The notes beneath the pieces were generated by a model. The model was not told the DNA's origin. It did no database searches and saw only the letters and a list, made by a program, of their open reading frames with translations. This document shows, piece after piece, positions 28,235-42,444 of a stretch of DNA of 64,000 nt (the first letter of the stretch is position 1; each line of letters starts with the position of its first letter). The translations under genes were made by a program, and so were the position numbers. The DNA comes from Schmidtea polychroa. Lineage: Eukaryota. The stretch spans positions 28,212,001 to 28,276,000 of the forward strand of contig CM097885.1 of NCBI GenBank assembly GCA_044892525.1, written 5' to 3'.

Positions 28235-28397
28235 TCGATTAAAACAATTCACAATGCATTAAATGTTTTCACAAATCATCGATTAAACTTTTCATAAAGA
28301 ATTCAAATTATTCATTTTTTAATCCAATTGAAATGCTTTTTAATCTAATTAATAATTTTGTGAAAACATTTAATGCATTGTGAATTGTTTTAATCGA
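28235..28397. repeat. Inverted repeat, ~41-bp arms (MITE-like)
   Basis: TCGATTAAAACAATTCACAATGCATTAAATGTTTTCACAAA and its reverse complement. Confidence 0.8.
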
Positions 28398-28468
28398 TAA
28401 TTTGCAATAATTAATGAATTATAACAATCGCTAAATAATGGCATTGATTTAAATCTAACGAAAAGCAC

Positions 28469-28532
<64 letters not shown>

Positions 28533-28580
28533 CGACAGAATCACAGTCATCTTCAGGTAGAATTGAAAATCAAACTCAAT

Positions 28581-29717
28581 AGTAGATGGATTGGGCACCG
28601 CTGGCACAGGGCACCGCTAGCACAGTACCCCCCCCGTCGGTAAGATTTTCAAAAATATTCTAAGTCTAAAAGTACATTTTTTTTTCAAGGTCAAATTTAA
28701 ACAAAGACATATGACTCATCAAGGTCATTGAAACAAAGACCATGAGTCATCCTATGACTCATCAAGGTCATTTTCAAGGTCATATGACTCATAATATGAC
28801 TCATCAAGGTCAAAAAAATTTTCTCAAGGTCATTTAAACAAAGACCATGACTCATCAAGGTCATTTTCAAGGTCATATGACTCATAGTATGACTCATTTG
28901 ACCTTGAATTTTTTTTTCAAGGCCATATGACTCATCCTATGACTCATCAAGGTCATTGAAACAAAGACCATGACTCATAGTATGACTCATTTGACCTTGA
29001 AAAATTTTTTTCAAGGTCATATGACTCATCCTATGACTCATCAAGGTCATTTCCAAGGTCATATGACTCGTAGTATGACTCATTTGACCTTGAAAATTTT
29101 TTTCAAGGTCATATGACTCATCCTATGACTCATCAAGGTCATTTTCAAGGTCATATGACTCATAGTATGACTCATTTGACCTTGAAAAATTTTTTTCAAG
29201 GTCATATGACTCATCCTATGACTCATCAAGGTCATTTTCAAGGTCATATGACTCATAGTATGACTCATTTGACCTTGAAAATTTTTTCAAGGTCATATGA
29301 CTCACCCTATGACTCATCAAGGTCATTTTCAAGGTCATATGACTCATGGTATGACTCATTTGGCCTTGAAAAATTTTTTTCAAGGTCATATGTCTCATCC
29401 TATGACTCATCAAGGTCATTCTCAAGGTCATATGACTCATCCGATGAGTCATCAAAATTTTCAAGGACATTTTCAAGGTCATCTGAGTCATCCTATGACT
29501 CATCAAGGACATTTTCAAGGTCACGTGACTCATCCAAGGTCATTCCCAAGGTCATATGAGTCATCGCGATGACTCATCAAGGTCATATTATTATTTTTAA
29601 AAATACTATTATTTTATTTTTAATTTTTTCAAAGTTCCCGCCAACGAAAATTAATAATCGATAGCTCATTTTAAAGCTTAATCCAAGACCTTTCGAATGA
29701 GCTATATATGTTGTTAC

Positions 29718-29751
<34 letters not shown>

Positions 29752-29768
29752 ATTATTATTATTATTAA

Positions 29769-29814
<46 letters not shown>

Positions 29815-29984
29815 CTATATACTCCGAGTCTATATACTCCTAGTCTATCCGACAAAATATTTTGTCCCCCTATGGGTAATGCTCACAAGGGTACTGGTCA
29901 CGCTCAACAAATCAACAAATCAACAAAACATACATTTATTTAAACAATAAAATAATGTAAAATTAACAAAGGTAAACTAAATAT
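28581..29984 (+). repeat. Mav2 left TIR with TGACTCA/TCAAGGTCA tandem array
   Basis: Reverse complement of 47150-48618. Confidence 0.93.
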
Positions 29985-30613
29985 ATATAGTATGATATTC
30001 ATTAATCAGTGTTGAACAGGCTTGACACTTGCGAACATTCTTCTCATGACACTTAGAACAAACAATTACGTGACCACACGGTAAATACAAAACCGAAACT
30101 CGATTTTCTTTACAAATTGAACAAGTTAAATATCTTTTCTTAACATCTTTCAATTTTTTCGTTAGCTTATTTTCAATCAAATCGGCTTTCGCTATCCATT
30201 CATAAATCAATCTACTATATCCAGGTTTCAACCTTAAAAACATACAACTCCAAAAGTATTCATTCAGTGAATCGTTGTTTACTGCTATTTTTTCTAAGTA
30301 CATTAAATAACAAGATAACTTTAAAATGGATTTCTCATAATTAAATAAATCAAACAAATATTCAATAGAGGAATGTTTGAAAATTTTTAAAATATTTATG
30401 AGTTGCTTATCACTGTAAGTATCATGATTATTTATAAAATCTTCAAGTGTATTGTTAAAAAATGTCAATGAAATTTCAGAATAGGCTGGACTTAATTTTT
30501 CCTTATTTCTAGTAGGACTTCCTTGCTATAAATGACATATAAAAAAAAAATTGCCAAAATAATAAAGTTACCAAATGTGTTACACATTCATCGGTTTTAT
30601 TTGTATAAATCAT
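29977..30613 (-). CDS. IAP/MDM2-type C-terminal RING protein (putative E3 ligase, 196 aa); intron 30526-30571
   Basis: CSIC...LPCGHVIVCSKC....CQAC...IYI; upstream exon in phase 0; TATAAAT and CCAAT upstream. Confidence 0.82.
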
Positions 30614-30779
30614 TATTAATAACTAAATTACTTTTGTTTTTACATTTATAAAAATTGTGATAACCAATCAAAATAGAGCTTTCAAAATGTAACCATCAAA
30701 TGTATAACAATAATAAGCATGACTAGTACCCTTTGCAACCTGTTTAAAGTTTTATTATTATTATTATTATTATTATTAA

Positions 30780-30918
<139 letters not shown>

Positions 30919-30946
30919 ATTATTATTATTAATATTATTTCATTGA

Positions 30947-31160
30947 TATAGCTGCAGACTATATATAAAAATATAGCTGCATGCCCACTGCAGACTATAT
31001 ATAAAAATATAGCTGCATGCCCACTGCAGACTATATATAAAAAATATAGCTGCATGCCCACTGCAGACTATATATAAAAAAATATAGCCGCATGCCCACT
31101 GCAGACTATATATAAAAAACATATAGCTGCATGCTCACTGCAGACTATATATAAAAAACA
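30947..31160. repeat. ~35-bp palindromic tandem repeat
   Basis: ATATAGCTGCATGCCCACTGCAGACTATAT plus A-run, about five copies. Confidence 0.9.
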
Positions 31161-31392
31161 TATAAAAGTCACCATTAAATACTTATAAAATAAACTTAAA
31201 AATTATAATAAAACAAACTTAAAAATTCGAAAAATATCTGATTACAAAATTTTATTGAATATATACAAATTTTAAATCAATATATTAATACAAGTTTTTA
31301 TACATTTTTTTTTTTATAAATCAAAATAAAAAGTTTTTTTTCAATATATACAAGTTTTTTGATCAAAAGTTTCTGTACAATTCTGAGTTGCC

Positions 31393-34300
31393 CTATTGAT
31401 CTTCGTCCCATTCGCTGTCGTCAAAACTGGGACTTGGAGCTGCACTGAATTCCTCATCATATTCGCTTAATTCGTCAACTCCTAAATAATGCCCAAATGC
31501 GTAACTTAAGTTTTTTCCTAGCCACGCGCGCTTATCATCATTATTACTTAGGGCAATTTTCGAATTTTTAAAAGTAAAAAGTTGGTGATTTCTAGTACCT
31601 ATTCTAGTCTGCGGTACAGAAATCACCTGATTTGAATGAAAGCAATTTAGATATGATTCGTGATTTATTGATGTCCCTGGTAATTTAACCCCTTTCGCTT
31701 TTACCGTTTCCTTACTACCTAAAAGACTATAACATTTAGGGCGTAAGAAAACCCATTCAGAATACCCTAATCCCTTGCTCTCATCTTTAAACTTCCCGAT
31801 GACCGAGTCAAGGTTCCTACTATACAAGGGGTGGGTTGGATCGTAATTTGACGTATCCAATAAATTATCAGAGATCATCTGAGGTAATAAAGTTGTTAAT
31901 TTTAAATTTTTTATTTCCAAAAAGAAACTGTCGGTATCACCGGCAATAATATTTATGATACATTTATATTGGCGTCTGTACTTCTCCAAATCAATATATT
32001 GGAGCTGGTACATCCGCAGTTTAGACAGATCTAGTACTGTTTGACCAATGTAGCTAGGTCTGTCTAAACAAATCACATCTTTTTCCAAATGTGCCGCAAT
32101 CAGATCTTGATCGATTCTTATGGACTTTCTGAAAGTCGGCTTTGAGGAGTATACTATCATCTTTTCGGATGAATTACACAACCTCAAATTCATTCTTTTT
32201 TTCAAATTTTCAACCGATTTACCGTAAAGAGAGTTATTATACAATTTAAACAAGTCCCTATATATCTCGCTAGTAGACTGAGATCGTAAAGTGGTGTTGG
32301 TGTCTATGTAGGATTTAAAGATAGGTCCTTGTTTAAACTTTATACACCTATGAATATTTACAACAACCGCACCTAATTCTATATACAATTTGAGAAGCCT
32401 CCAATGAAGAACATAGTTCCTCTTTGGCCAATGCGTAAGCATAAGCTTCTCAACTTTTGAATTAGGCGGGCACAACTTTTCCGGCGCAAGCGGAAAATCA
32501 TTCAAAAAGTCATGCACACATTCCGGAATATCGATATCGACCTCCATAGTATACCCATATGGAAGGTTATCAATATCCGTGTTCATACATTCAAGTAAAA
32601 CATCATTCAAGTTATTATTCACCCAAGAAAAATCACCATACGGAAGATTTTGGCTAAGAGCCCAACCATACAGATTATTTATATCAATGTACAATAATTC
32701 TGTATCATCTGAAGTAGCCGTGTAATGTTTGTTAACAAATGTTAACCCACCCCGGATACCTCCCTCATAGAAATTATACATTTCCATGTCCTGCAGAAGT
32801 TCTATTGGTTCCGTTAATGTCATAAGCGCTGAGGCCCATGACATACCGGGAATCCCGTAGAAATTAAGAGGATCCAGACCATTGTAAGCAATTGCCTTAC
32901 CGCGGAATTGCTGAAAATAATCTGCGAGGAGGTATACGTCCAATTTTAGGTAGATTAACATATAATCTAACAAATTATTACAGTTATGCTGACTCCAAAT
33001 TAGTTGAGCCTCAGCGTACTGATCTTCCGTAACATCAGACCAAATAGGAGGTAATTCTAAAGTCGATTCAAGAACATCTAAAGAAGTAGCGAAATTATAT
33101 GGAAAGATACCTTTAGAGTGAATCATCGACCCTTGAAAGACAGACGAAGTCAAAGGAAAAGTAGTTAAGGTTTTCACAGCTTTTGCTAAAGAACAATTAA
33201 CAAATTGCATGCTGTCAATAAAACGAACAGGCAATTTGTTAATATATGCAATTAAAGATATAAATTTTTCTGTAGAGGTAGGTATAATATTAAGTTCCCA
33301 AAGGGGAAAATCACTGAGACCATGTTTTAAAATATGGTGGAGGTCATAGCCTCGTAAATTATGAAAGACAACAGGTAACAATTTATTAATCCTGCGAGAG
33401 ACATTGCATTTCCTACATGCCGCTCCGACATATCTACCTGTAAAATGGCAATGATCTCTCACAGGATTAATAATAGATTTTTTACACAAATAACAAATAG
33501 TGGAAGATCGAAAGGCACGCTCCTGAGCAAAAGACAAAGTAGACATACCTTTACGACCTTCAAGATCATAATATGGCAGGACAATTGTGACAGCAATTTC
33601 CTCCACTTTCCTCAAAAAATCCAAAATACAATTAGGTCCAAAAAAATAATAATAAAATTTAGTGTGTGTATAATTATTAATTAATAAAAGACCTGCTGAT
33701 ATGGGTAAATGTATTTGATGATATGTTTCATGTTCTGGTAAAACCGATTCAAAATCGGCATAAATTACGAAGGGAGGTGTAACTGTTTTTGCGTAATCTG
33801 TGAATAATAAATCTTTATTTTTAGGAAGTGTATACAAAGTTGTGCCAGTCTGATTTTTACAGCATAGAGCAACATGCTGATCGAAAGCATTCTTATATCT
33901 AAAGCCATTTAAACAATGTGGGCACCAGTTACACCTTATTTGAACATTTACATTTTCATTTTCATGACAATTCATTAATTTGTCCAAGTCTGTCACGGCT
34001 GTATAATGATATTTATCTTTATTACTCAAAAGTAATAAATAAATTGGTCTACCGTCTATAACCTTGGAGCGATGTACTATATTAAGATGAGGGTGGTGAG
34101 CTACATAATCCTCAGAAATATCTAAATCAGAACTGGCTGGATTATAAGACAGAACGTTTATGCTCAAGTTTAAATCTCTATTTTTTCTTTCAAATTTGGG
34201 AATGTTGCATAGCCTCATCGGGCAATCAGTGTCTTCGTCATAATTTAATAGAGGTAAAAATTCTATATATTTGCCGGCTCTTTGGTGATTACGACCTATT

Positions 34301-35698
34301 TCTTCTCTTTTTAAAAGTGCAAGAATGCTATACAAGAAGCACTTATGGTCGTTGTTTTTAACGTTAATTATTGCATGTTTTAATTTTAAAGCCGATGGGG
34401 TTTTTATATAGCTATGTCCGGATAATCTACTAACGGGTGCGTATTTCGTTAAAATAAAATCTATTTCTAAAATATTCACTACTCGCCACCCGCTTCCTAA
34501 ATAGGTGAATTGCTCAATCTTTTCATTTAATTTGCTCACCCCCTCGTTTATAAAGTTTGATGTAAAAACTTGAGCATTGTTTGAAAAATAATTATCCCGG
34601 ATCTCCCCATCTTTTTCAAATTTAATTAAAATTGTGAATTGTATTTTTACATTGCCCATCTTTTCTATTTCCTCTATTAATCTATCTTCAATTTTTGATG
34701 TTAGGGCTATTTTAACCAGGTTTTCATTTCTTATATTAAATTTTAATGTTTTACGTGATCCATTCAAATCGGATTCAACAACTGGTTCAAACAAAGAGCC
34801 GCCTATTTGAAATATGTTGAAAGACGTTGAAGCTACACATTCATCATTGATGACTATCACTTCTTGTTGTGTAATGGGTGATTGTTGTGTAATGGGTGCT
34901 TGTTGTGTAAACGATGTTGAAGCTACACATTCATCTTTGCTGATGACTATCACTTCAGGTCGCGATAATTTATTAGGAATGCAATTTTTAATTAAACCAG
35001 CAGGTCTTTTAATAGAATCTTTTTTAATATTTATAATATCTTTTTTAATAATATTTATAGTATCTTTTTTAATAGCATCTTTTTTAATAGAATCTGTTTT
35101 TTCTTTTATAATATTTTTTTTAATATTTTTTAAATCTTTTTTAATATCTTTTTTTATATCTTTTTTAATAGTATTTTTTGGTAAATTTTTTTGTAATTTT
35201 TTATTTATTTTTTTAAATAAAACATTTTTTGATATCGAAAATTGCCCTAAGTGACAATGATGTTTATTAAAAAATTCCCTATATTTTACTTTTTCGCTCG
35301 TTACACATTTGGGGCATATAAAAAAGTTGAGCGAATTAAACGTCTTTTTGTAGTATTTTCTCATTGTGCGATGACATTTATCGCTATGTCCATTTGCAGC
35401 TTGGCAATAATTTGGGTATAGTTTACCTGTTAAATAATAAAATTAAAGTTTTATTTTTTTTTTTCTAATTGTTATTAATTGTTACATCTATAAGGATTTA
35501 TCATCATTTGTTATTTAATTCAAATGAACTATATAACAAATGATGATAAATCCTTATAGAAAATAGGTTAATATATTCGAGAGAATATTAGAGAGATTTT
35601 AGTAGATAGGTCAGATTATTATATGAATATGTTAAATATTAGAGAGATTTTAGTAGATAGGTCAGATTATTATATGAATATTAGACGAGTCAGATTAA

Positions 35699-35751
<53 letters not shown>

Positions 35752-36153
35752 TGAAGAGAAGTAGCTGCATGCCCACTGCAGACTACTATGTAGCTACATG
35801 CTTACTGTAGACTACATTATTATTATTAATATTATTAATATTATTATTATTATTATATTGAAGAGAAGTAGCTGCATGCCCACTGCAGACTACTATGTAG
35901 CTACATGCTTACTGTAGACTACATTATTATTATTAATATTATTATTATTATTATTATATTGAAGAGAAGTAGCTGCATGCCCACTGCAGACTACTATGTA
36001 GCTACATGCTTACTGTAGACTACATTATTATTATTAATATTATTAATATTATTATTATTATATTGAAGAGAAGTAGCTGCATGCCCACTGCAGACTACTA
36101 TGTAGCTACATGCTTACTGTAGACTACATTATTATTATTATTAATATTATTAA

Positions 36154-36202
<49 letters not shown>

Positions 36203-37741
36203 TTAACTATTGTAGATGCACATTGCAAACTACAAGGATTTATTTTATAACTATAATTTTGTAATCACTTTTTTAAATACTTTGATTATATTTCAAAAAA
36301 CATAGTATTTTCTTCATAATTTTCGTCATATTTTCATCATAATTTTGGTCATATTTTCATCATAATTTTGGTCATAATTTTGGTCATAAATCATTTTCAT
36401 TTTGTTCATAAATTTTCGTCATAATTTGGGCATAAATCATCATAATTTGGGCATAAATCATTTTCTTCATAATTTGGGCCTAAATCATCATAATTTGGGC
36501 ATAAATCATCATAATTTGGGCATAAATCATAAATCATCATAATTTGGGCATAAATCATTTTCTTCATAATTTGGGCATAAATCATCATAATTTGGGCATA
36601 AATCATCATAATTTGAGCATAAATTCATAATTCATTTTCTTCATAAGTTTGATCATAAGGTTCATCAAAATATTTAAGAAATTTTCATCAAAAATTAAAG
36701 AAATTTTCATCAAAATATTTAAAAAAAAGTGATTACGAAATTTAAATATCAAAAATATATATAAAATAAATAAATCTTACATTCTGATTCCATATCGGAA
36801 TCTGAGTCTTCAGCAACCGAGCTGAGGGTATTATCATCAATTGTTACATTTTCCATAAAATCTTCATCGATGGAATCTGAGTCTTCAGCAACCGAACTGA
36901 GGGCATTATCATCAATTGTTACATTTTCCATAATTTCTTCTTCATCGATGTCGACATTGAAATTAAACGCTAAAAAATAAAATTTTTAAAAATAAATTAC
37001 TAAAGTAAATAAATTTACTTTTTTCTTTGATAACCTTGGTTTGCCCAACATCAATAACTGGGGCATCCGATTGTCCAAGAAAAATAATATCTTCATCACT
37101 ATTTTCATTAACATTTTCTGTAATGCAAATTAATTTAATAAAAATTAAAATAAATTTACTTTTTTCTTTGAAAACATAGTTGTGCCCAACATCATTAACT
37201 GGGGCATCCGATTGTCCAAGAAAAATAATATCTTCATCACTATTTTCATTAACATTTTCTGTAATGCAAATTAATTTAATAAAAATTAAAATAAATTTAC
37301 TTTTTTCTTTGAAAACATAGTTGTGCCCAACATCATTAACTGGGGCATCCGATTGTCCAAGAAAAATAATATCTTCATCACTATTTTCATTAACATTTTC
37401 TGTAATGCAAATTAATTTAATAAAAATTAAAATAAATTTACTTTTTTCTTTGAAAACATAGTTGTGCCCAACATCATTAACTGGGGCATCCGATTGTCCA
37501 AGAAAAATAATATCTTCATCACTATTTTCATTAACATTTTCTGTAATGCAAATTAATTTAATAAAAATTAAAATATTAAATTTACCAAATATATTTTCCA
37601 CATTTAAAATGGCATCGTTTTCTGTAACTTCGTACCAGTCGAATGGTTCTAAAATAAAAGATAATAAAAATCGAATAAAAATAATAATAATTTACCGTTA
37701 GTCAAAAGACTTCTCAATACTCGATTCTTGTTGGTTTCCAT
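31393..37741 (-). CDS. Protein-primed family B DNA polymerase, 8 exons (37741-37696, 37648-37586, 37540-37442, 37399-37301, 37258-37160, 37117-37019, 36969-36781, 35426-31393)
   Basis: YADFE, DINNLYG, NNSLYGK, GDTDS, KAKG; all upstream exons have GT-AG boundaries and keep phase 1. Confidence 0.9.
35750..36130. repeat. ~100-bp tandem repeat in the pPolB intron
   Basis: Four copies containing GTAGCTGCATGCCCACTGCAGACTAC and a degenerate duplicate. Confidence 0.9.
36310..36650. repeat. ~21-bp minisatellite in the pPolB intron
   Basis: CATAATTTGGGCATAAATCAT repeats. Confidence 0.85.
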
Positions 37742-38084
37742 TGATTTCAAATAGATTTTCGAATTGATTTTCAAAATTTCAAAATAATTGTGACAAATTT
37801 TAGATTTGTCAATGTTTATAAAGAGAATGAATATTTTCCTGTCCCAGCCAATGAGAATATAGACACACACACACATATACATTGAATATTTTACTCTCTC
37901 AACCAATCACACGCATGCATGTATGTAATGTAAATCAGTCAGAATTACATGTGACTGCCTTTGTTAGTCATGCCTTTGTTAACTTGCACTGTGCATGCCT
38001 CAGGCAAAGGCAGTCTTTATGTTACAAATAATAATATTTATTAGAATAATAATAAAATTAATTAAAAATAATAATATTTTTCAC

Positions 38085-38139
<55 letters not shown>

Positions 38140-38216
38140 TTAATAATATTAATAATAACACAACAACAAAGGAAAGGATACATTTATTAAACATCAAATT
38201 TATTAAACATTTTTCT

Positions 38217-38631
38217 TTAAACATCAAATTTTTTGTACAATAACCAAGCTAAACAATGTTGACCACATGTTTGGGTCAAAGGATTTTGAAACATAGTTTT
38301 ATTATACACAATAGGTTTTCCCATTGTTTGTAGTTTTGATATCAACAAAGCTGGGTAATAGAAACCCATCGGATCGAACACGAATATATTACCAGGTTTC
38401 ACATATATAGCTATCCAATGTTCTCCACCAAGATGAGACGATTGAGTATTGACGATTATTGCTTGATTATTGCTCAAATATGGAATTTTATCAAGAGGAA
38501 AAACTCCAACAAATTCATTTCTCAATATCTGTTTTCCGATTTTATTGACCTGAACAGAACTATTTAAATAAATCCAGAGTATAAAAAAAAACAACTTACT
38601 CCATGATAACTTTTTGTGTTTCTGTATACAT
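38217..38631 (-). CDS. Adenain-like protease; intron 38560-38599
   Basis: GEHW, FDPMG, QTCGQHC; intron at the same position as in Mav1. Confidence 0.9.
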
Positions 38632-39852
38632 TTATACCAACACGGTTCTATTTGCAGTAATTTGAACTTCATTTTCAAATACTCCATATATTATAACATG
38701 TACTGGTTCAGTAATAGCTTTGGCAAACTTTATATCCAGTCGTAAATTCCCGTTTTGTGGTAATTGACTCTGATTTAAATCAAAATCAGGGGCTAAAACA
38801 AATGTAAAAAATGGGTATTTGCTTTTAAAATCTTCTAGTGTTATTCCGCAATTCAAATTTTTATCTAAATAACCCAGATTTCTAACAATACTCTGCATAT
38901 ATGTCGCACAGTAATTGTCATTCTCGAAATCTTGAATATATGTTTCTCTATAATCAGTATTTTTCGACAAAGTCAATGATGTAACACCAAAGTTTTTGAA
39001 AATTGAGCTGGACGCAGTATATGATCCATTATATTGTGCTTCACTTTGAAATGTTATCAGAATAAAATTAGGCATTCTTCTGTCACCAAATATTTGTTCT
39101 TTATAGAATGATGAAGCACCTTTAGCAATAGCAAATTGTACAATTTCCTTTGTTTTTAAGGGATAAATTGCATGTTTTGAATTAAGACCCAATTGATGAC
39201 CAGCTAATACAGAGGGGTCTACTCGAACTCTTCTCACCAATAATTTTGCATCAACTAATTGACATCTTGGTGCAGTAGTTGCACTAGTAAGAGATAATGC
39301 AGAATCAGACCTTTTCAATCTAATATGTACATTAACTCCCGGTAGTAAATATTTCGGTTGATCCATAAAATCAAGTTGTAATGATGAGCACATGGTGAAA
39401 ACCTTTGAGCCTTTTACCCACTTTTTTCTTTCATCATCACTGCCATAACCCATAGGAGTAAGACATGTATTTTTAGTATCGGAATTGTAATTTAAAATAG
39501 TTTCTATTAATGCCTTGTGAATGAATGTATTATTTCCGCCTTCAATCTTGATATTATTAAATCCCAACACTACATCTTTAAAAAGAGTATGAAACAGGAA
39601 ATTGTTCGGTATTACATCTGCATTGGCATCCAAAACTTTTCTATCTTTATCTACAACCTTAATCTGAACAGTCAATAAAGTATCGTTCAAATCTAAATAT
39701 TCGGTTTGTGAACCGTTAATATAAAACTCGATATCATTTCTACTATCTGTAATTGAATTCATAGGAAAAACTTCCTCAAATGCCCCAAATTCTATTACAG
39801 CCTGGGGCGATGGTCTATCAAATATACATAATTCAGATTTACCACAAATCAT
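38632..39852 (-). CDS. Major capsid protein (double jelly-roll)
   Basis: 406 aa; SELCIF, YLLPGV, GNLRLDIKF motifs typical of Polinton MCP; expected gene position. Confidence 0.9.
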   Translation of the reverse strand: MICGKSELCIFDRPSPQAVIEFGAFEEVFPMNSITDSRNDIEFYINGSQTEYLDLNDTLLTVQIKVVDKDRKVLDANADVIPNNFLFHTLFKDVVLGFNNIKIEGGNNTFIHKALIETILNYNSDTKNTCLTPMGYGSDDERKKWVKGSKVFTMCSSLQLDFMDQPKYLLPGVNVHIRLKRSDSALSLTSATTAPRCQLVDAKLLVRRVRVDPSVLAGHQLGLNSKHAIYPLKTKEIVQFAIAKGASSFYKEQIFGDRRMPNFILITFQSEAQYNGSYTASSSIFKNFGVTSLTLSKNTDYRETYIQDFENDNYCATYMQSIVRNLGYLDKNLNCGITLEDFKSKYPFFTFVLAPDFDLNQSQLPQNGNLRLDIKFAKAITEPVHVIIYGVFENEVQITANRTVLV

Positions 39853-40220
39853 TTTGCAAATATAGTTCCATGTCCTTTCATTCGTTTGTTTATACGTGAT
39901 ATTCCATGTCTTTTACGTTTTGGAGCATGAGCTGGAGCTGGTGCTGGAGCTGGTTTTTGAAACATACCTGCAACCCCGGGTAAAACTTTCCCTAATTCTG
40001 CTAAAGCATTTGTTTTTAGAGATGGTAATATTTTCTGTTCATTCATAATAACATCTTTTGCAGTTTTCATACCAAAACTACCGATACGTTTAAGAATAGG
40101 CAATGCAAATCTACCTATTGTTCTCAACCATCCTGATCCGTACTGTTTACCAATAAAATATGGTAAATCACCACCAGATTGGCTACCACTATACATACTA
40201 ATAATATCAGAATTTGCCAT
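39849..40220 (-). CDS. pVI-like small virion protein
   Basis: QSGG and QYGSG followed by an amphipathic helix; homolog in Mav1. Confidence 0.7.
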   Translation of the reverse strand: MANSDIISMYSGSQSGGDLPYFIGKQYGSGWLRTIGRFALPILKRIGSFGMKTAKDVIMNEQKILPSLKTNALAELGKVLPGVAGMFQKPAPAPAPAHAPKRKRHGISRINKRMKGHGTIFAK

Positions 40221-41225
40221 CTACTTTACGAAAATGTAATGTCAAATGAGTTTTTGAACCTTTTGGAAAGTTTATAAGTTTTCCACTATCATCACGAATA
40301 TTTATTTCTATATTGTTTATACATGAACTTGCTATTGGTAAATACATGGGATTATCGATATTTATATTGACAACTTCATCATGTTCATATTTGCCAATCC
40401 ATACCGATTTCAAAAGAGGAACACTGGAATCACCAACAATTATGGGTTCGATAATGTTAGTATATATGAACATTTGTTGATGATGTTCTAGTATTCTTGG
40501 TTTGCGTATACCAGTCGATTTTTCTCGATATTTTTGCTTATCTAATCCAAGTGAATTTGCCAAATTTTTATCAAATGTAACTTCGCAAATATCATCATTC
40601 AAACTGAAGGTAAACATCAAATCTTTCACAATTTCCAAATTTTTAAATATGTGTGAACAATTGAACTTTAAATATTTAAGTAAATCATCAAGTTTATCAA
40701 AATATAATTCATCAGCAAAGGTAAATGATTCTTCAACTTCATCATTATACGACACAGATATTTTGATTTCTTCTTTCATTACACTGTTTGCTTCAAATAG
40801 ATTAAAACGTAATAAATACTCGGTCTCCGTAACAATATTTTTCAACTTATTGCAACCCATTCGTTTGGCATCTTCAATAGTTTCGAATGTTATTGTAAAT
40901 GGTTTAAAATCACAACTGATATTTAATCCATCCTTGTAAAACATATAGCAATGCGAATCTAATATTTGATTCGGAATATGATATGTTTTATCATAATTAC
41001 TGATAACAAAGATACCGCTACATGTTTTCACAATATTCCTTTTGAAATCAATCTTACATTGACTATAAAATGGGAATGTGTTGTACACGAATGTAAAATC
41101 TTGCAGTGCAACTTCCCAATCCCCATTTAAAGAAATCGGATTCTGAAGATTGACCATGAATTTACTGGCTTGATTGTCTGGATGAATTAATGGACAACTA
41201 TTGCTCGGCAAAATAGTATAAAAAT

Positions 41226-42383
<1,158 letters not shown>

Positions 42384-42444
42384 TACAACAAGAAGATTTA
42401 AAATTAAATTTAATGTCGGGCAATGAAGGATTAGCACCCATTGT

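Noticed and set aside
28697..29572. MSH/MTH-repeat ORFs in Mav2 TIRs (also 47568-48440)
   Set aside because: By-products of the DNA motif array; open on both strands and interrupted irregularly
30947..31160. CRISPR-like palindromic repeat array
   Set aside because: Intervening sequences are short AT runs, not unique spacers; eukaryotic context and no cas genes
36406..36609. 67-aa repeat ORF
   Set aside because: Minisatellite inside the pPolB intron
36963..37601. Standalone 212-aa repeat protein
   Set aside because: Read-through of in-frame 42-nt introns; better explained as pPolB 5' exons
38632..38687. N-terminal extension of the protease ORF overlapping MCP
   Set aside because: Not open in Mav1; the conserved intron model gives matching N-termini in both elements
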